Shown: positions 1 to 8,329, counted from the stretch's first letter. The stretch is 32,000 nucleotides of DNA from Clostridiales bacterium (GCA_004556965.1 SFFE01000011.1:6394-38393), one strand, 5' to 3'. Translations and numbers: made by a program. The notes: a model not told the origin generated them from the sequence alone.

Positions 1-810
1 GCTCGGAACGGCGAGATAAATCGCGCACAGCAGCACGAAAGCCCCGGCCATTGCACAGACCGGTATGCGGCTGCGGCTGCGGCGCCAGAGAATGGCCTCC
101 AGCGCGAGACACAAAAGAATGGCCGGCGGAATGTTCGCAAATTTGGACCATCCATAAAGGATACAGGCCAGTGCAGCCCAAACGGCGTCCCAAACGGAAC
201 AGTCCCGGCGCGAGAGAATCCGCACGGCAGCGGCGGCCACCAAAACAAATGCGATGATTTGCAGCGCCTCGCCGTAGAAGGAGTTAAAATAGACCAGATA
301 ATCCCCGTCGCACAGGACCAAGAGCAGCAGGAGCTTTGCGCCCCAATCCATCCATCTGCGGCGCAGATGAATCTGCCGAAACAACAGTGCCAGCGCGGCG
401 GCGTAGCAGACTGCATACAGCACGCCGAGGACGCCGAGCCGATATGTCGTCATGGGCGCGCCGGAGAGCTTGTTGACGATCAGATTGAGCACCACGGACA
501 CGCGCGTGAACAGAAGCTGAATGGATGGATAAACGTTCACACCCTCAGAACCGAACAGGATCCCGAACACATTTTCTGCAGCGGAACGATCCTGAAGCAC
601 AATGCGGTATTCGCTGATGTAGACAAATCGGCTGTCGTCTACCGTGCGCGCAATGGAGGAAGCCCGCATCACACGGGAAAAATCGCCGTTGTCAGACAGG
701 CCAATCTCCTCGCCGGCAAACAGAATGCAGAGCGCCAGCAGCAGCGCGGCCGCACCGAGCAAATATGGCTGTATCCGGTCGAGTTTCTCGACAAATCCAG
801 TTCGCTGCAA
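1..810 (-). CDS. Integral membrane protein of unknown function, N-terminal 270 codons. The ORF runs off the window start, so it is missing from the ORF track.
   Basis: Minus-strand frame is open from TTG (810-808) to base 1. AGGAGG at 823-818 lies 7 nt upstream. Translation LQRTGFVEKLDRIQPYLLGAAALLLALCILFAGEEIGLSDNGDF... contains several hydrophobic helices. The overlapping + ORFs 51-257 and 259-903 look like shadows. Confidence 0.7.
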   Translation of the reverse strand, partial: MQRTGFVEKLDRIQPYLLGAAALLLALCILFAGEEIGLSDNGDFSRVMRASSIARTVDDSRFVYISEYRIVLQDRSAAENVFGILFGSEGVNVYPSIQLLFTRVSVVLNLIVNKLSGAPMTTYRLGVLGVLYAVCYAAALALLFRQIHLRRRWMDWGAKLLLLLVLCDGDYLVYFNSFYGEALQIIAFVLVAAAAVRILSRRDCSVWDAVWAALACILYGWSKFANIPPAILLCLALEAILWRRSRSRIPVCAMAGAFVLLCAIYLAVPS

Positions 811-838
811 GATGATTCCTCCTACTGGCTGCGGTTTT

Positions 839-1870
839 TCAAAGACTGCGGACGGCGCAGATCAGAGCGTCCACGTCCTCCGGGCGCGTTGCCCAGGAGG
901 TGACGAACCGGATGGCGGAATGGTTCTCGTCCACTCTGGCGATGAATTCAAAACTGAAATTCTGCCGCAGCGCTTCTACCTGCGCGTTGGTGAAGATGGG
1001 GAAAACCTGATTCGTGGGCGACGCGGCGTAGAGCGGCACGCCCATGGCGGTCAGCGCCGCCGCGAGGCGCTGCGCCAGCTCGTTTGCGTGGCGCGCGGTC
1101 TGCAGCCAGAGGTCGTCCTGCAGAATCGCGGCAAACTGTACGCCGAGCAGACGCCCCTTCGCCAGCATACCGCCGTGCTGCTTCATGACGTTTCGGAAGT
1201 GCGGTTTGAGCGCGTTGTTTACGATGACGAGCGCCTCGCCGAACAGCAGGGCGTTTTTCGTCCCGCCGAGGTAGAACGCGTCGCAGAGCTGCGCAAAATC
1301 CTCCGGCACAAGGTCATTGCCCTGCGCGGTCAGCGCCATGGCCATGCGCGCGCCGTCGAGATACAGATACAGCCCCAGCTCGCGGCAGGTATCGGACAGC
1401 GCCTGCAGCTCCGCGCGCGTGTAGATCGTGCCCAGCTCCGTGGAGTCGGACACGTATACCATGCGGGGCAGTACCATGTGCTCCTCCGTGCCGGTCTGGT
1501 GGTCGCGCACGGCGGTGCGGATGGCGTCGGGGGCGAGCTTTCCATCCACGCCGGGGACGACATAGACCTTGTGGCCGGTGGCCTCGATCGCGCCGGTTTC
1601 GTGCACGGCGATGTGGCCGGTGTCGGCCGCGATGACCGCCTCCCAAGGGCGGAGGAACGCCGCGGCGGCGGTGAGATTCGTCTGCGTGCCGCCGACGAGG
1701 AAATGCACGTCCGCGTTCGGGCAGGCGAAGCGCTCGCGCAGCAGCTCGCGCGCACAGGCGCAGTATTCGTCGCAGCCGTAGCCGGGGGTGGAGACCAGAT
1801 TGGTTTCAACGAGCGCCTGCAGCACCTTCGGGTGCGCGCCCTCGGAGTAGTCATTGCGGAAATAGATCAT
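839..1870 (-). CDS. ltaE: PLP-dependent low-specificity threonine aldolase / beta-eliminating lyase family protein
   Basis: 343 aa. N-terminus MIYFRNDYSEGAHPKVLQAL...GYGCDEY and a GGTKN lysine motif are typical of the threonine aldolase family. Confidence 0.8.
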   Translation of the reverse strand: MIYFRNDYSEGAHPKVLQALVETNLVSTPGYGCDEYCACARELLRERFACPNADVHFLVGGTQTNLTAAAAFLRPWEAVIAADTGHIAVHETGAIEATGHKVYVVPGVDGKLAPDAIRTAVRDHQTGTEEHMVLPRMVYVSDSTELGTIYTRAELQALSDTCRELGLYLYLDGARMAMALTAQGNDLVPEDFAQLCDAFYLGGTKNALLFGEALVIVNNALKPHFRNVMKQHGGMLAKGRLLGVQFAAILQDDLWLQTARHANELAQRLAAALTAMGVPLYAASPTNQVFPIFTNAQVEALRQNFSFEFIARVDENHSAIRFVTSWATRPEDVDALICAVRSL

Positions 1871-1904
1871 GGGGAGTCAACCTTCTCTCTTGCTTACTGG
1901 GGAC

Positions 1905-1933
1905 AGTATAATGCAGATCGCCGGGAATGTCAA
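1905..1933 (-). promoter_or_regulatory. Sigma-A type promoter for ltaE
   Basis: Minus strand reads TTGACA (1933-1928), 17 nt spacer, TATACT (1910-1905). Confidence 0.6.
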
Positions 1934-1963
1934 AAAACACGCCGTGGAAGCTCCACGGCGTGT
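1930..1963 (-). terminator. Intrinsic terminator of the SLH Cys-repeat gene
   Basis: 12-bp stem ACACGCCGTGGA/TCCACGGCGTGT (1937-1948/1952-1963), followed on the minus strand by a T6 run. Confidence 0.7.
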
Positions 1964-1977
1964 TGTGCTGTGTTTGG

Positions 1978-4635
1978 TTATTGCGCGACGTTTTCGCAGA
2001 AGCGCATGAGGATGGTGGCGACCTGCGCGCGGGTGGCGTTGCCCCACGGGTCAAGATAATTGACACCGTCGCGGCTGTTGCCCTTGACGAGACCGGCGCC
2101 ATTCGCCCAGGTCATGGCGTCCACGGCGTACGCGAGCACCTGATCGTCGTCCGGGAAGACGGAGAGGTCGCCCTTGGCCGACGTGTCAAGCTTCATGACG
2201 CCCGCAAAGCGGTAGAGCATGGTTGCCAGCTCCTGACGGGTAATCGCGCCTTTCGGATCGAAGGTGCCGTCGGGACGACCGTTGACGATGCCGGCCTCTG
2301 CCGCCCAGGCGACCGCGTCCAGATACCAGCTTGCCGCCGGATCATTGGGCGAGCCCAGATCGGGGAACGCGCAATCCTGCGTTGCCGCCGGCTCGCCAGC
2401 CAGCCGCCAGAGGACGGTGACGAGCATGGCGCGCGTGAGCGTGCCGTCCGGGTCAAACTCCGTATCGGAAACGCCGTTCATCAGGCGGTTTTCGACGCAG
2501 TAGTCGATGCCGAGATGTCCCCAGTGCGCCTTTACGTCGGAGAAGCTCCGACTCGGGCAGGACGCGCCGCCGTCGCACACGCCGGTGGCGGGGATGACTT
2601 CGGTCTTCGTCTCGCCGCAGACGGTGCAGGTGTAGGTCTTGACGCCGTCCGCCGTGCCAGTCGGCTTGGTCGTCACGACGCCGTCATCCCAGACATGGCC
2701 GAGGGCGGGAATCTCCGCACCCTTCTCAACGACTTCGCCGCAGACGGAGCAGACGAGGTCGCCGGTGTAGCCCGCTTCCGTGCAGGAAGCGTCCTTGGCG
2801 TTTTTCAGCTCGGTCTTGTGACCCAGAGCTTCCACGATCTCCTGCTTGACGAGCACTTCATTGCAGACGGAGCAGTGCTTGCCTTCGGTCAGGCCGGTCT
2901 CGGTGCAGGTCGGGGCAACGGCTTCGTCCGCGACCTCAGTGTGGCCGAGGGCTTCGATCTCCCGGCTCACGGTCTCGTTGCAAACGGTGCAGACGCCGGA
3001 TTCCTCACCGGCTTCGGTGCAGGTCGGGGCCTTGGTTTCTTCCCAATCCTCCACGGTGTGGCCGAGAGCGGGGATTTCTTCCTGTGCGACGAGCACTTCG
3101 TTGCAGACGGAGCAGTGCCTGCCTTCGGTCAGGCCGGCCTCGGTGCAGGTCGCTTCGACAGCTTCGTCTACGACCTCAGTGTGAGGCAGCATGGGGATGA
3201 CCTCGGAGATGTACTTGCTGCATACCGAGCAGTAACGCATCTGCTCGCCTTCTTCGGTGCAGGTCGCAGCTTTGATCATGACGACCGGCGCGTTTTCATC
3301 AAACGTGTGTCCCTTTGCGGGGAGAATTTCTTTGACGATCTGCTTGCACACGGTGCAGTAACCCGTCTCTACGCCATCTTCGGTGCAGGTGGGCTCCTTG
3401 CTCACAGCGCCAGCAGCCAGTTTATGACCCGTTGCCGGGATCGGAACGTTGTATGCAAAGCCGCAACGGCTGCAGCGGTAGGTTTCATAGCCATCCTCAG
3501 TGCAGGTTGGAGCTTTGGAGCCGAGTTGCGCGGCATCCTCTTCGTGGGTGTGCTCGAGGGCGGGAATCTCACGAGTTTCCACTTCGCCGCAGACGGTGCA
3601 GGTTCTGGACTTTTCACCGGCTTCCGTGCAGGTAGCTTTCTTGGTTACTGTCCATTTGCCGAAGTCGTGACCCAGCGCGGGGACTTCTTCTTGTGCGACG
3701 AGCACTTTCTCGCAGACGGAGCAGTGCTTGCCTTCGGTCAGACCGGTCTCGGTGCAGGTCGCTTCGACAGCTTCGTCCACAGCTTCGGTGTGCCCAAGCG
3801 CGGGGATTGTTTCACCCAGTTCGGCGATCTTACCACAGATGGTGCAGACTTTATCTCCGGTGTAGCCTGCCTCTTCGCAAGTCGCTTCTTTTGCATTCTT
3901 CAACGCAAGCTCGTAGTCGAGCGAGGGAATCTCGCGGGTTTCCTTGTCGCCACAGACGGCGCAGATTCTGGTCTCTTCACCGGCTTCTGTGCAGGTAGCT
4001 TCTTTGGTTACCTTCCACTCGCCGTAGTTGTGGCCAAGGGCAGGAACGCTCGCGGTTACGTTCTCTTTGCACACGGAGCAGTAGACTGTCATTTCGCCCG
4101 GTTCGGTGCAGGTGGGGTTTTTCGTTATGTTCGGATTCGAAGTTACCACGAGCTTATGACCCGTTGCGGCAATCTCCCGGGTGACGGCCGTGTGGCACAC
4201 GGTGCAGTAGCCCGTCTCTACGCCATTCTCGGTGCAGGTCGGAGCTTTGGTCAGGTCCCACTTTTCAACCGTATGCTGCGCATTGGTCGTTTCAGAATAG
4301 AGCTTACCGCAGACGGAGCACACATAGCTGGCTTCACCGTTTTCCGTGCAGGTGGCCGGCTTTACGTTGATTGGCTGCGCGCCTTCTGCGTGCTGATGAC
4401 CCAGCGCAGGGATGTCTTTACCCGTTTCGATGGTTTCCTTGCAGATGGTGCAGACCCGATCGCCGGTATAGCCGGGGTTTTCACAGGTCGGAGCGGCGGC
4501 CTTGACTGTCTCAACTCCGGCGTGCTTGCAGGGATGCTGCACCACGACCGGCTCATCCACAGCCAGCACCGCGCCCGGCAGGAGCGTCAATACCATACAC
4601 AGTACCAACGCCCAGCTAAGGATTCGTTTTCTCAT
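1978..4635 (-). CDS. Secreted cell-surface protein with 16 tandem Cys-rich (C-X12-C-X2-C ... H) repeats and three C-terminal SLH domains
   Basis: 885 aa. Signal peptide MRKRILSWALVLCMVLTLLPGAVLA. Repeats resemble PALGH..x..ATCTEAGEETRxCxVCG. The C-terminal 188 aa (nt 1981-2544) carries 3 SLH motifs (FSDV..HW, FPDL, FPDD .. TRAQVATILMRF). Confidence 0.9.
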   Translation of the reverse strand: MRKRILSWALVLCMVLTLLPGAVLAVDEPVVVQHPCKHAGVETVKAAAPTCENPGYTGDRVCTICKETIETGKDIPALGHQHAEGAQPINVKPATCTENGEASYVCSVCGKLYSETTNAQHTVEKWDLTKAPTCTENGVETGYCTVCHTAVTREIAATGHKLVVTSNPNITKNPTCTEPGEMTVYCSVCKENVTASVPALGHNYGEWKVTKEATCTEAGEETRICAVCGDKETREIPSLDYELALKNAKEATCEEAGYTGDKVCTICGKIAELGETIPALGHTEAVDEAVEATCTETGLTEGKHCSVCEKVLVAQEEVPALGHDFGKWTVTKKATCTEAGEKSRTCTVCGEVETREIPALEHTHEEDAAQLGSKAPTCTEDGYETYRCSRCGFAYNVPIPATGHKLAAGAVSKEPTCTEDGVETGYCTVCKQIVKEILPAKGHTFDENAPVVMIKAATCTEEGEQMRYCSVCSKYISEVIPMLPHTEVVDEAVEATCTEAGLTEGRHCSVCNEVLVAQEEIPALGHTVEDWEETKAPTCTEAGEESGVCTVCNETVSREIEALGHTEVADEAVAPTCTETGLTEGKHCSVCNEVLVKQEIVEALGHKTELKNAKDASCTEAGYTGDLVCSVCGEVVEKGAEIPALGHVWDDGVVTTKPTGTADGVKTYTCTVCGETKTEVIPATGVCDGGASCPSRSFSDVKAHWGHLGIDYCVENRLMNGVSDTEFDPDGTLTRAMLVTVLWRLAGEPAATQDCAFPDLGSPNDPAASWYLDAVAWAAEAGIVNGRPDGTFDPKGAITRQELATMLYRFAGVMKLDTSAKGDLSVFPDDDQVLAYAVDAMTWANGAGLVKGNSRDGVNYLDPWGNATRAQVATILMRFCENVAQ
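2584..4500 (-). repeat. In-frame tandem coding repeats (about 120-135 nt units, 16 copies) inside the SLH protein gene
   Basis: Near-identical DNA blocks recur, e.g. gagcacttc[a/g]ttgcagacggagcagtgc[c/t]tgccttcggtcag[a/g]ccgg[c/t]ctcggtgcaggtc around 2850, 3090 and 3700. Confidence 0.85.
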
Positions 4636-4668
4636 TTGTTTTATTTTTCCTCCTCTTGCAGAATGATG

Positions 4669-4713
4669 TGGAATTGCATTCCATCTAAATGGAATAATAC
4701 ATCTTATAATTCC
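4669..4713. promoter_or_regulatory. Two GGAAT/ATTCC inverted repeats, a candidate operator for the adjacent XRE regulator
   Basis: TGGAAT-TGC-ATTCCA at 4669-4683. GGAATAATA (4691-4699) and TATAATTCC (4705-4713). Both lie in the AT-rich divergent intergenic region. Confidence 0.45.
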
Positions 4714-4797
4714 TTATGTCAATATAAATCTGTCCTGAATTTCCGCACATCTTTCTGCTTGAGCCACTATAGTACATATCATATGGAGGTGTATGCT

Positions 4798-5130
4798 ATG
4801 GGTTCTGTGGACTACATGGACTATACAGAATGGTTCTATCAGCGGCTTACGGCGCTGCGCATGGAAAAGGGCGTTTCTGCGCGGGATATGAGCTTGTCGC
4901 TGGGGCAGAGCGAGAGTTATATCAATAAGATTGAAAACCGGCGGACCATGCCGTCCATGGCAGGATTTTTCTATATTTGCGAATATTTCAACATCACGCC
5001 GCAGGAGTTTTTCGACTCGGAGCTACGGGCACCGCAGAAGGGGAAAGAACTGCAGCGCGAGCTTGGGAAGCTGACGCCCCAGCAGGCTGAGCACATTCTG
5101 CAGGTTGTGAAAGACCTTACGCAAAAATAG
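4798..5130 (+). CDS. XRE-family helix-turn-helix transcriptional regulator (110 aa)
   Basis: GGAGG at 4785-4789 lies 8 nt before ATG 4798. Sequence ...LRMEKGVSARDMSLSLGQSESYINKIENRRTMPS... is a classic HTH_3 motif. Only the 3' end of the 1067-aa track ORF is real. Confidence 0.85.
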   Translation: MGSVDYMDYTEWFYQRLTALRMEKGVSARDMSLSLGQSESYINKIENRRTMPSMAGFFYICEYFNITPQEFFDSELRAPQKGKELQRELGKLTPQQAEHILQVVKDLTQK

Positions 5131-5150
5131 GAACACACGGTCGGATACGC

Positions 5151-5186
5151 GAACCACCCCCGGCGGATGCCCGCCGGGGGTGGTTC
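5151..5186. terminator. Perfect 16-bp GC-rich hairpin between convergent genes (no U-tract)
   Basis: GAACCACCCCCGGCGG-ATGC-CCGCCGGGGGTGGTTC. Confidence 0.6.
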
Positions 5187-5203
5187 GTGTATATCCGATG
5201 CCG

Positions 5204-5872
5204 TTACGCCTGCCAGGCGCGCACCTGCTCGCGGAGCCAGTCGGCCCACGGCTCGATGCCCTCGCCCTTGAGCGCGGAGATCGGGAAGATCTGAATGTTT
5301 GGATTCAGCTTCCGGACGTATTCCGTGCACCGCTCAAGGCTGAAGTTGAAGTACGGCGCAACGTCGATCTTGTTCACGAGCAGCACGTCGCAGATCGAGA
5401 ACATGAGCGGGTACTTCAGGGGCTTGTCGTCGCCCTCCGGCACGGAGAGAATCATTGCGTTTTTGACGGCGCCGGTGTCGAACTCCGCCGGGCAGACGAG
5501 GTTGCCGACGTTCTCCAGAATGGCGAGGTCGATGTTCTCGGTGCCGAGCCCCTCCAGACCCTGACGGGTCATGCCCGCGTCGAGGTGGCACATGCCGCCG
5601 GTGTGGAGCTGGATGACCTTTGCGCCGCTGGTGGAGATCGTGGCGGCGTCCACGTCGGAGTCGATGTCCGCTTCCATGACGCCGATGCGCAGATCGTCCT
5701 TCAGGGCGTTGATGGTGGCCATGAGCGTGGTCGTCTTGCCGGAGCCGGGGGAGGACATGAGGTTGAGCAGGAACGTCTTTTCCTGCTTCAGCTCCGCGCG
5801 GAGCTTTTCCGCCTCGCGGTCGTTGTTGGCAAATACGCTCTCTTTGATTTCAAGTACTCTGTATTTCTCCAT
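5204..5872 (-). CDS. hypB: HypB/UreG-family metallochaperone GTPase (hydrogenase nickel incorporation protein HypB-like)
   Basis: 222 aa. P-loop SSPGSGKTT, metal site GGMCHLD, ENVGNLVCPAEFD and NKIDV motifs. AGGAGG lies 6 nt before the ATG. Confidence 0.9.
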   Translation of the reverse strand: MEKYRVLEIKESVFANNDREAEKLRAELKQEKTFLLNLMSSPGSGKTTTLMATINALKDDLRIGVMEADIDSDVDAATISTSGAKVIQLHTGGMCHLDAGMTRQGLEGLGTENIDLAILENVGNLVCPAEFDTGAVKNAMILSVPEGDDKPLKYPLMFSICDVLLVNKIDVAPYFNFSLERCTEYVRKLNPNIQIFPISALKGEGIEPWADWLREQVRAWQA

Positions 5873-5922
5873 GGTTGACCTCCTGTTACTGAGTCGGTAT
5901 CAATATCCGTGTGTATGTCTAA

Positions 5923-5951
5923 ATTATAACAGCACGGCTGTCGTTTTGCAA
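5923..5951 (-). promoter_or_regulatory. Promoter for hypB
   Basis: Minus strand reads TTGCAA, 17 nt spacer, TATAAT with an upstream TG. Confidence 0.65.
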
Positions 5952-5977
5952 CAGCGACTTCTTGTGGATGTAGGGGA

Positions 5978-6006
5978 TTGTAATAGCAGGGGATTTTCGG
6001 TATAAT
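5978..6006 (+). promoter_or_regulatory. Promoter for ppk
   Basis: TTGTAA (5978-5983), 17 nt spacer, TATAAT (6001-6006). Confidence 0.65.
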
Positions 6007-6040
6007 AACACTGATTTGATGGGAATGGGAGGCGGTGGAC

Positions 6041-8254
6041 ATGCCGCGAAAACCAGAGACCCCGCTGCCCGGCGCGGACGCGCTGCGGCAGATGGCGGAG
6101 CAGGACGGCAGCGGCCTGTTTGCGCCGCAGCAGCCGGACCCGGCCTGCGCGGGGCTGTTTCTCAACCGCGAGCTGAGCTGGCTGGCATTCAACCGCCGCG
6201 TGATGCAGGAGGCGGCGGACACACGCCTGCCGCTGTATGACCGGCTGCGGTTTTTGTCCATCTACTGCTCGAATCTGGACGAGTTTTACATGGTGCGCGT
6301 CGGCGGTCTGATGGACCGCGACCTGCTGCGGCCGTGGCGCGCCGAGCCGCTGACCGGCTTGACCCCACGCGAGCAGATCGATCGCATTCTCGCCGAGACC
6401 GCGCGGCAGAAAAGGGAGTTTGAGCCGCTCTACCGCGAGGTGGCGGCGGGACTGGCCGCGCAGGGCGTGGAGCTTTTGGATTTTGCGCGCATCGACCCGG
6501 TGGATGAGCTGCTGGCGAAAAAATACTTTGACGAGCTGCAGCCCCTGCTCAGCCCGCAGGTGATCGGGCGCGGCCATCCGTTCCCGTTTTTGCGCAACAA
6601 GGAGCAATACGTGCTGGCGCTGTTTCGCGGAAAGGACGGCGCGGGCATCGTGCCGGTGACGCGGCTGCCGAAATTTTTCGTTTTCCGCGTGGAGGGCGTG
6701 CAGAAAATCGCGCTGACGGCGGAGCTGGTGCGCCACTTTGTCAAAAAGCTGTTCCCGAAGCAGACGGTTGCCGAGACGACGATCCTGCGCATCACGCGCA
6801 ACGCCGAAATTTCCGCCGGAGACGTGATGGACGACTGCGACGCGGATTTTCGCGCGGTGATGGAGCGGCTGCTGCGGCGGCGACGCCGGCTGGAGCCGGT
6901 GCGCGCGCAGCTCGCGGGAAAGCCGTCCGACCGGATGCTGGAATTTGTATGCGCGCAGCTCGACCTGCCGAAAAAGTGCGTGTTTTCCAGCCGCGTGCCG
7001 CTGGATCTCTCCTTCGTGCTGGCGCTGCCGGAGGCGGTGGAGCTGTCCGCCCTGCGCGCGGCGCTCCCGGAGCCGGCGAAGAACGTGGCGCTCAAAAAGG
7101 GCGACTACTTCGGCTATCTCGCGCGGCACGATCTGCTGATCGCGCTGCCGTACCAGAGCATCAACCCGTTCGTCGATCTGCTCTACGAGGCGGCGGACGA
7201 CCCGAACGTGACGAGCATCCAGATCACGCTCTACCGGCTTGCGGGCAGCAGCCGCATCGCCGCAGCGCTGGCCTACGCCGCCGACCGCGGCAAGCAGGTG
7301 ACGTGCCTGCTGGAGCTGCGCGCCCGCTTCGACGAGCAGAACAACATCGACTATTCCCGTATGCTGGAGGAGGCCGGGTGCACGATCCTCTACGGGCTGA
7401 CGGAATACAAGGTGCACACGAAGCTGTGCCTGATCACGCGGCGCGTGCCCGGCGGCGTGCAGTATTACACGCAGGTGGGCACCGGCAACTACAACGAGGC
7501 GACCGCCGAGCAGTACACCGACCTGATGCTGCTCACGAGCGACCCTGCCGTCGGGCGCGACGCGGCGAAGGCGTTCCGCGCGCTGGCCGTGGGCGAGACC
7601 GTCGGCGAGACGGAGACGCTCTGGATCGCGCCGGAGGGCTACAAGTCCCGCCTGCTTGCGCTGATCGACGAGCAGACCGCGCTCGGCAGCGCAGGATATC
7701 TTGCCATCAAGGTCAACTCCATGAACGACGCGGACGTGATGCGGCGGCTTGTGCGCGCGTCCGGCGCGGGCGTGACGGTGGAGCTGTTTGTGCGCGGCAT
7801 CTGCTGTCTCTGTCCCGGCGTGCCGGGGCGGACGGAGCACATCACCGTGCGCAGCATCATCGGGCGGTATCTGGAGCACGAGCGCATCTTCGTGTTCGGC
7901 CGGGGAACGGCGCAGCGGGTGTTCATCGGCTCCGGCGACCTGCTCGAGCGAAACACCATGCGCCGCATCGAGGCGTTCACCGAGGTGAAGACGCCGGAAA
8001 CGCGCGAGGAGGTGCTCGCCATTCTCGACAGCATGCGCCGCGACAACTGCAAGGCGTGGCTCATGCAGCCGGACGGCGGCTATGTCCGCGCGCAGCCGGA
8101 GGGCGAGCCGTTCGTCAGCCAGGAAAATCTGCACGCCTATTTCTCCGGGCGCACGGTGCGCAAACCGGAACCGCCCGCGCCGCAAAAGCCGCCTGCGCCG
8201 CAAAAAAAGCTGTCCTGGTGGCGGAGACTGCTGAAGTGGCTGAAGGAAAACTGA
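6041..8254 (+). CDS. ppk: Polyphosphate kinase 1
   Basis: RFLSIYCSNLDEFYMVRV and two PLD-like HKD regions (EYKVHTKLCLI). GGGAGG at 6027-6032 favours ATG 6041 over the track's GTG 6035. Confidence 0.95.
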   Translation: MPRKPETPLPGADALRQMAEQDGSGLFAPQQPDPACAGLFLNRELSWLAFNRRVMQEAADTRLPLYDRLRFLSIYCSNLDEFYMVRVGGLMDRDLLRPWRAEPLTGLTPREQIDRILAETARQKREFEPLYREVAAGLAAQGVELLDFARIDPVDELLAKKYFDELQPLLSPQVIGRGHPFPFLRNKEQYVLALFRGKDGAGIVPVTRLPKFFVFRVEGVQKIALTAELVRHFVKKLFPKQTVAETTILRITRNAEISAGDVMDDCDADFRAVMERLLRRRRRLEPVRAQLAGKPSDRMLEFVCAQLDLPKKCVFSSRVPLDLSFVLALPEAVELSALRAALPEPAKNVALKKGDYFGYLARHDLLIALPYQSINPFVDLLYEAADDPNVTSIQITLYRLAGSSRIAAALAYAADRGKQVTCLLELRARFDEQNNIDYSRMLEEAGCTILYGLTEYKVHTKLCLITRRVPGGVQYYTQVGTGNYNEATAEQYTDLMLLTSDPAVGRDAAKAFRALAVGETVGETETLWIAPEGYKSRLLALIDEQTALGSAGYLAIKVNSMNDADVMRRLVRASGAGVTVELFVRGICCLCPGVPGRTEHITVRSIIGRYLEHERIFVFGRGTAQRVFIGSGDLLERNTMRRIEAFTEVKTPETREEVLAILDSMRRDNCKAWLMQPDGGYVRAQPEGEPFVSQENLHAYFSGRTVRKPEPPAPQKPPAPQKKLSWWRRLLKWLKEN

Positions 8255-8282
8255 GTTTTTGCGGAAAATTTTCGTTTTTCGC

Positions 8283-8310
8283 TTGACAAGCAGCGAAAAA
8301 ACGGTATAAT
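8283..8310 (+). promoter_or_regulatory. Promoter for the metK leader
   Basis: TTGACA (8283-8288), 16 nt spacer, TATAAT (8305-8310). Confidence 0.7.
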
Positions 8311-8329
8311 AACGTCTGCAATTGAACAT

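Noticed and set aside
2584-4500. Regularly spaced DNA repeats that might suggest a CRISPR array
   Set aside because: The repeats are in-frame coding units of about 120-135 nt in a single 885-aa ORF with signal peptide and SLH domains. There is no short repeat/spacer periodicity and there are no cas genes.
1927-5130. 1067-aa + strand ORF, the longest in the track
   Set aside because: It is antisense to the SLH Cys-repeat gene. Its composition is Gly/Ala/Arg/Val-rich and low-complexity, with no motifs. Only its last 110 codons (4798-5130, the XRE regulator with its own SD) are real. High GC content suppresses stop codons on the opposite strand.
5924-8329. 801-aa minus-strand ORF opposite ppk
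   Set aside because: It is an Arg/Leu/Ala-rich shadow ORF. The + strand encodes an unmistakable PPK1.
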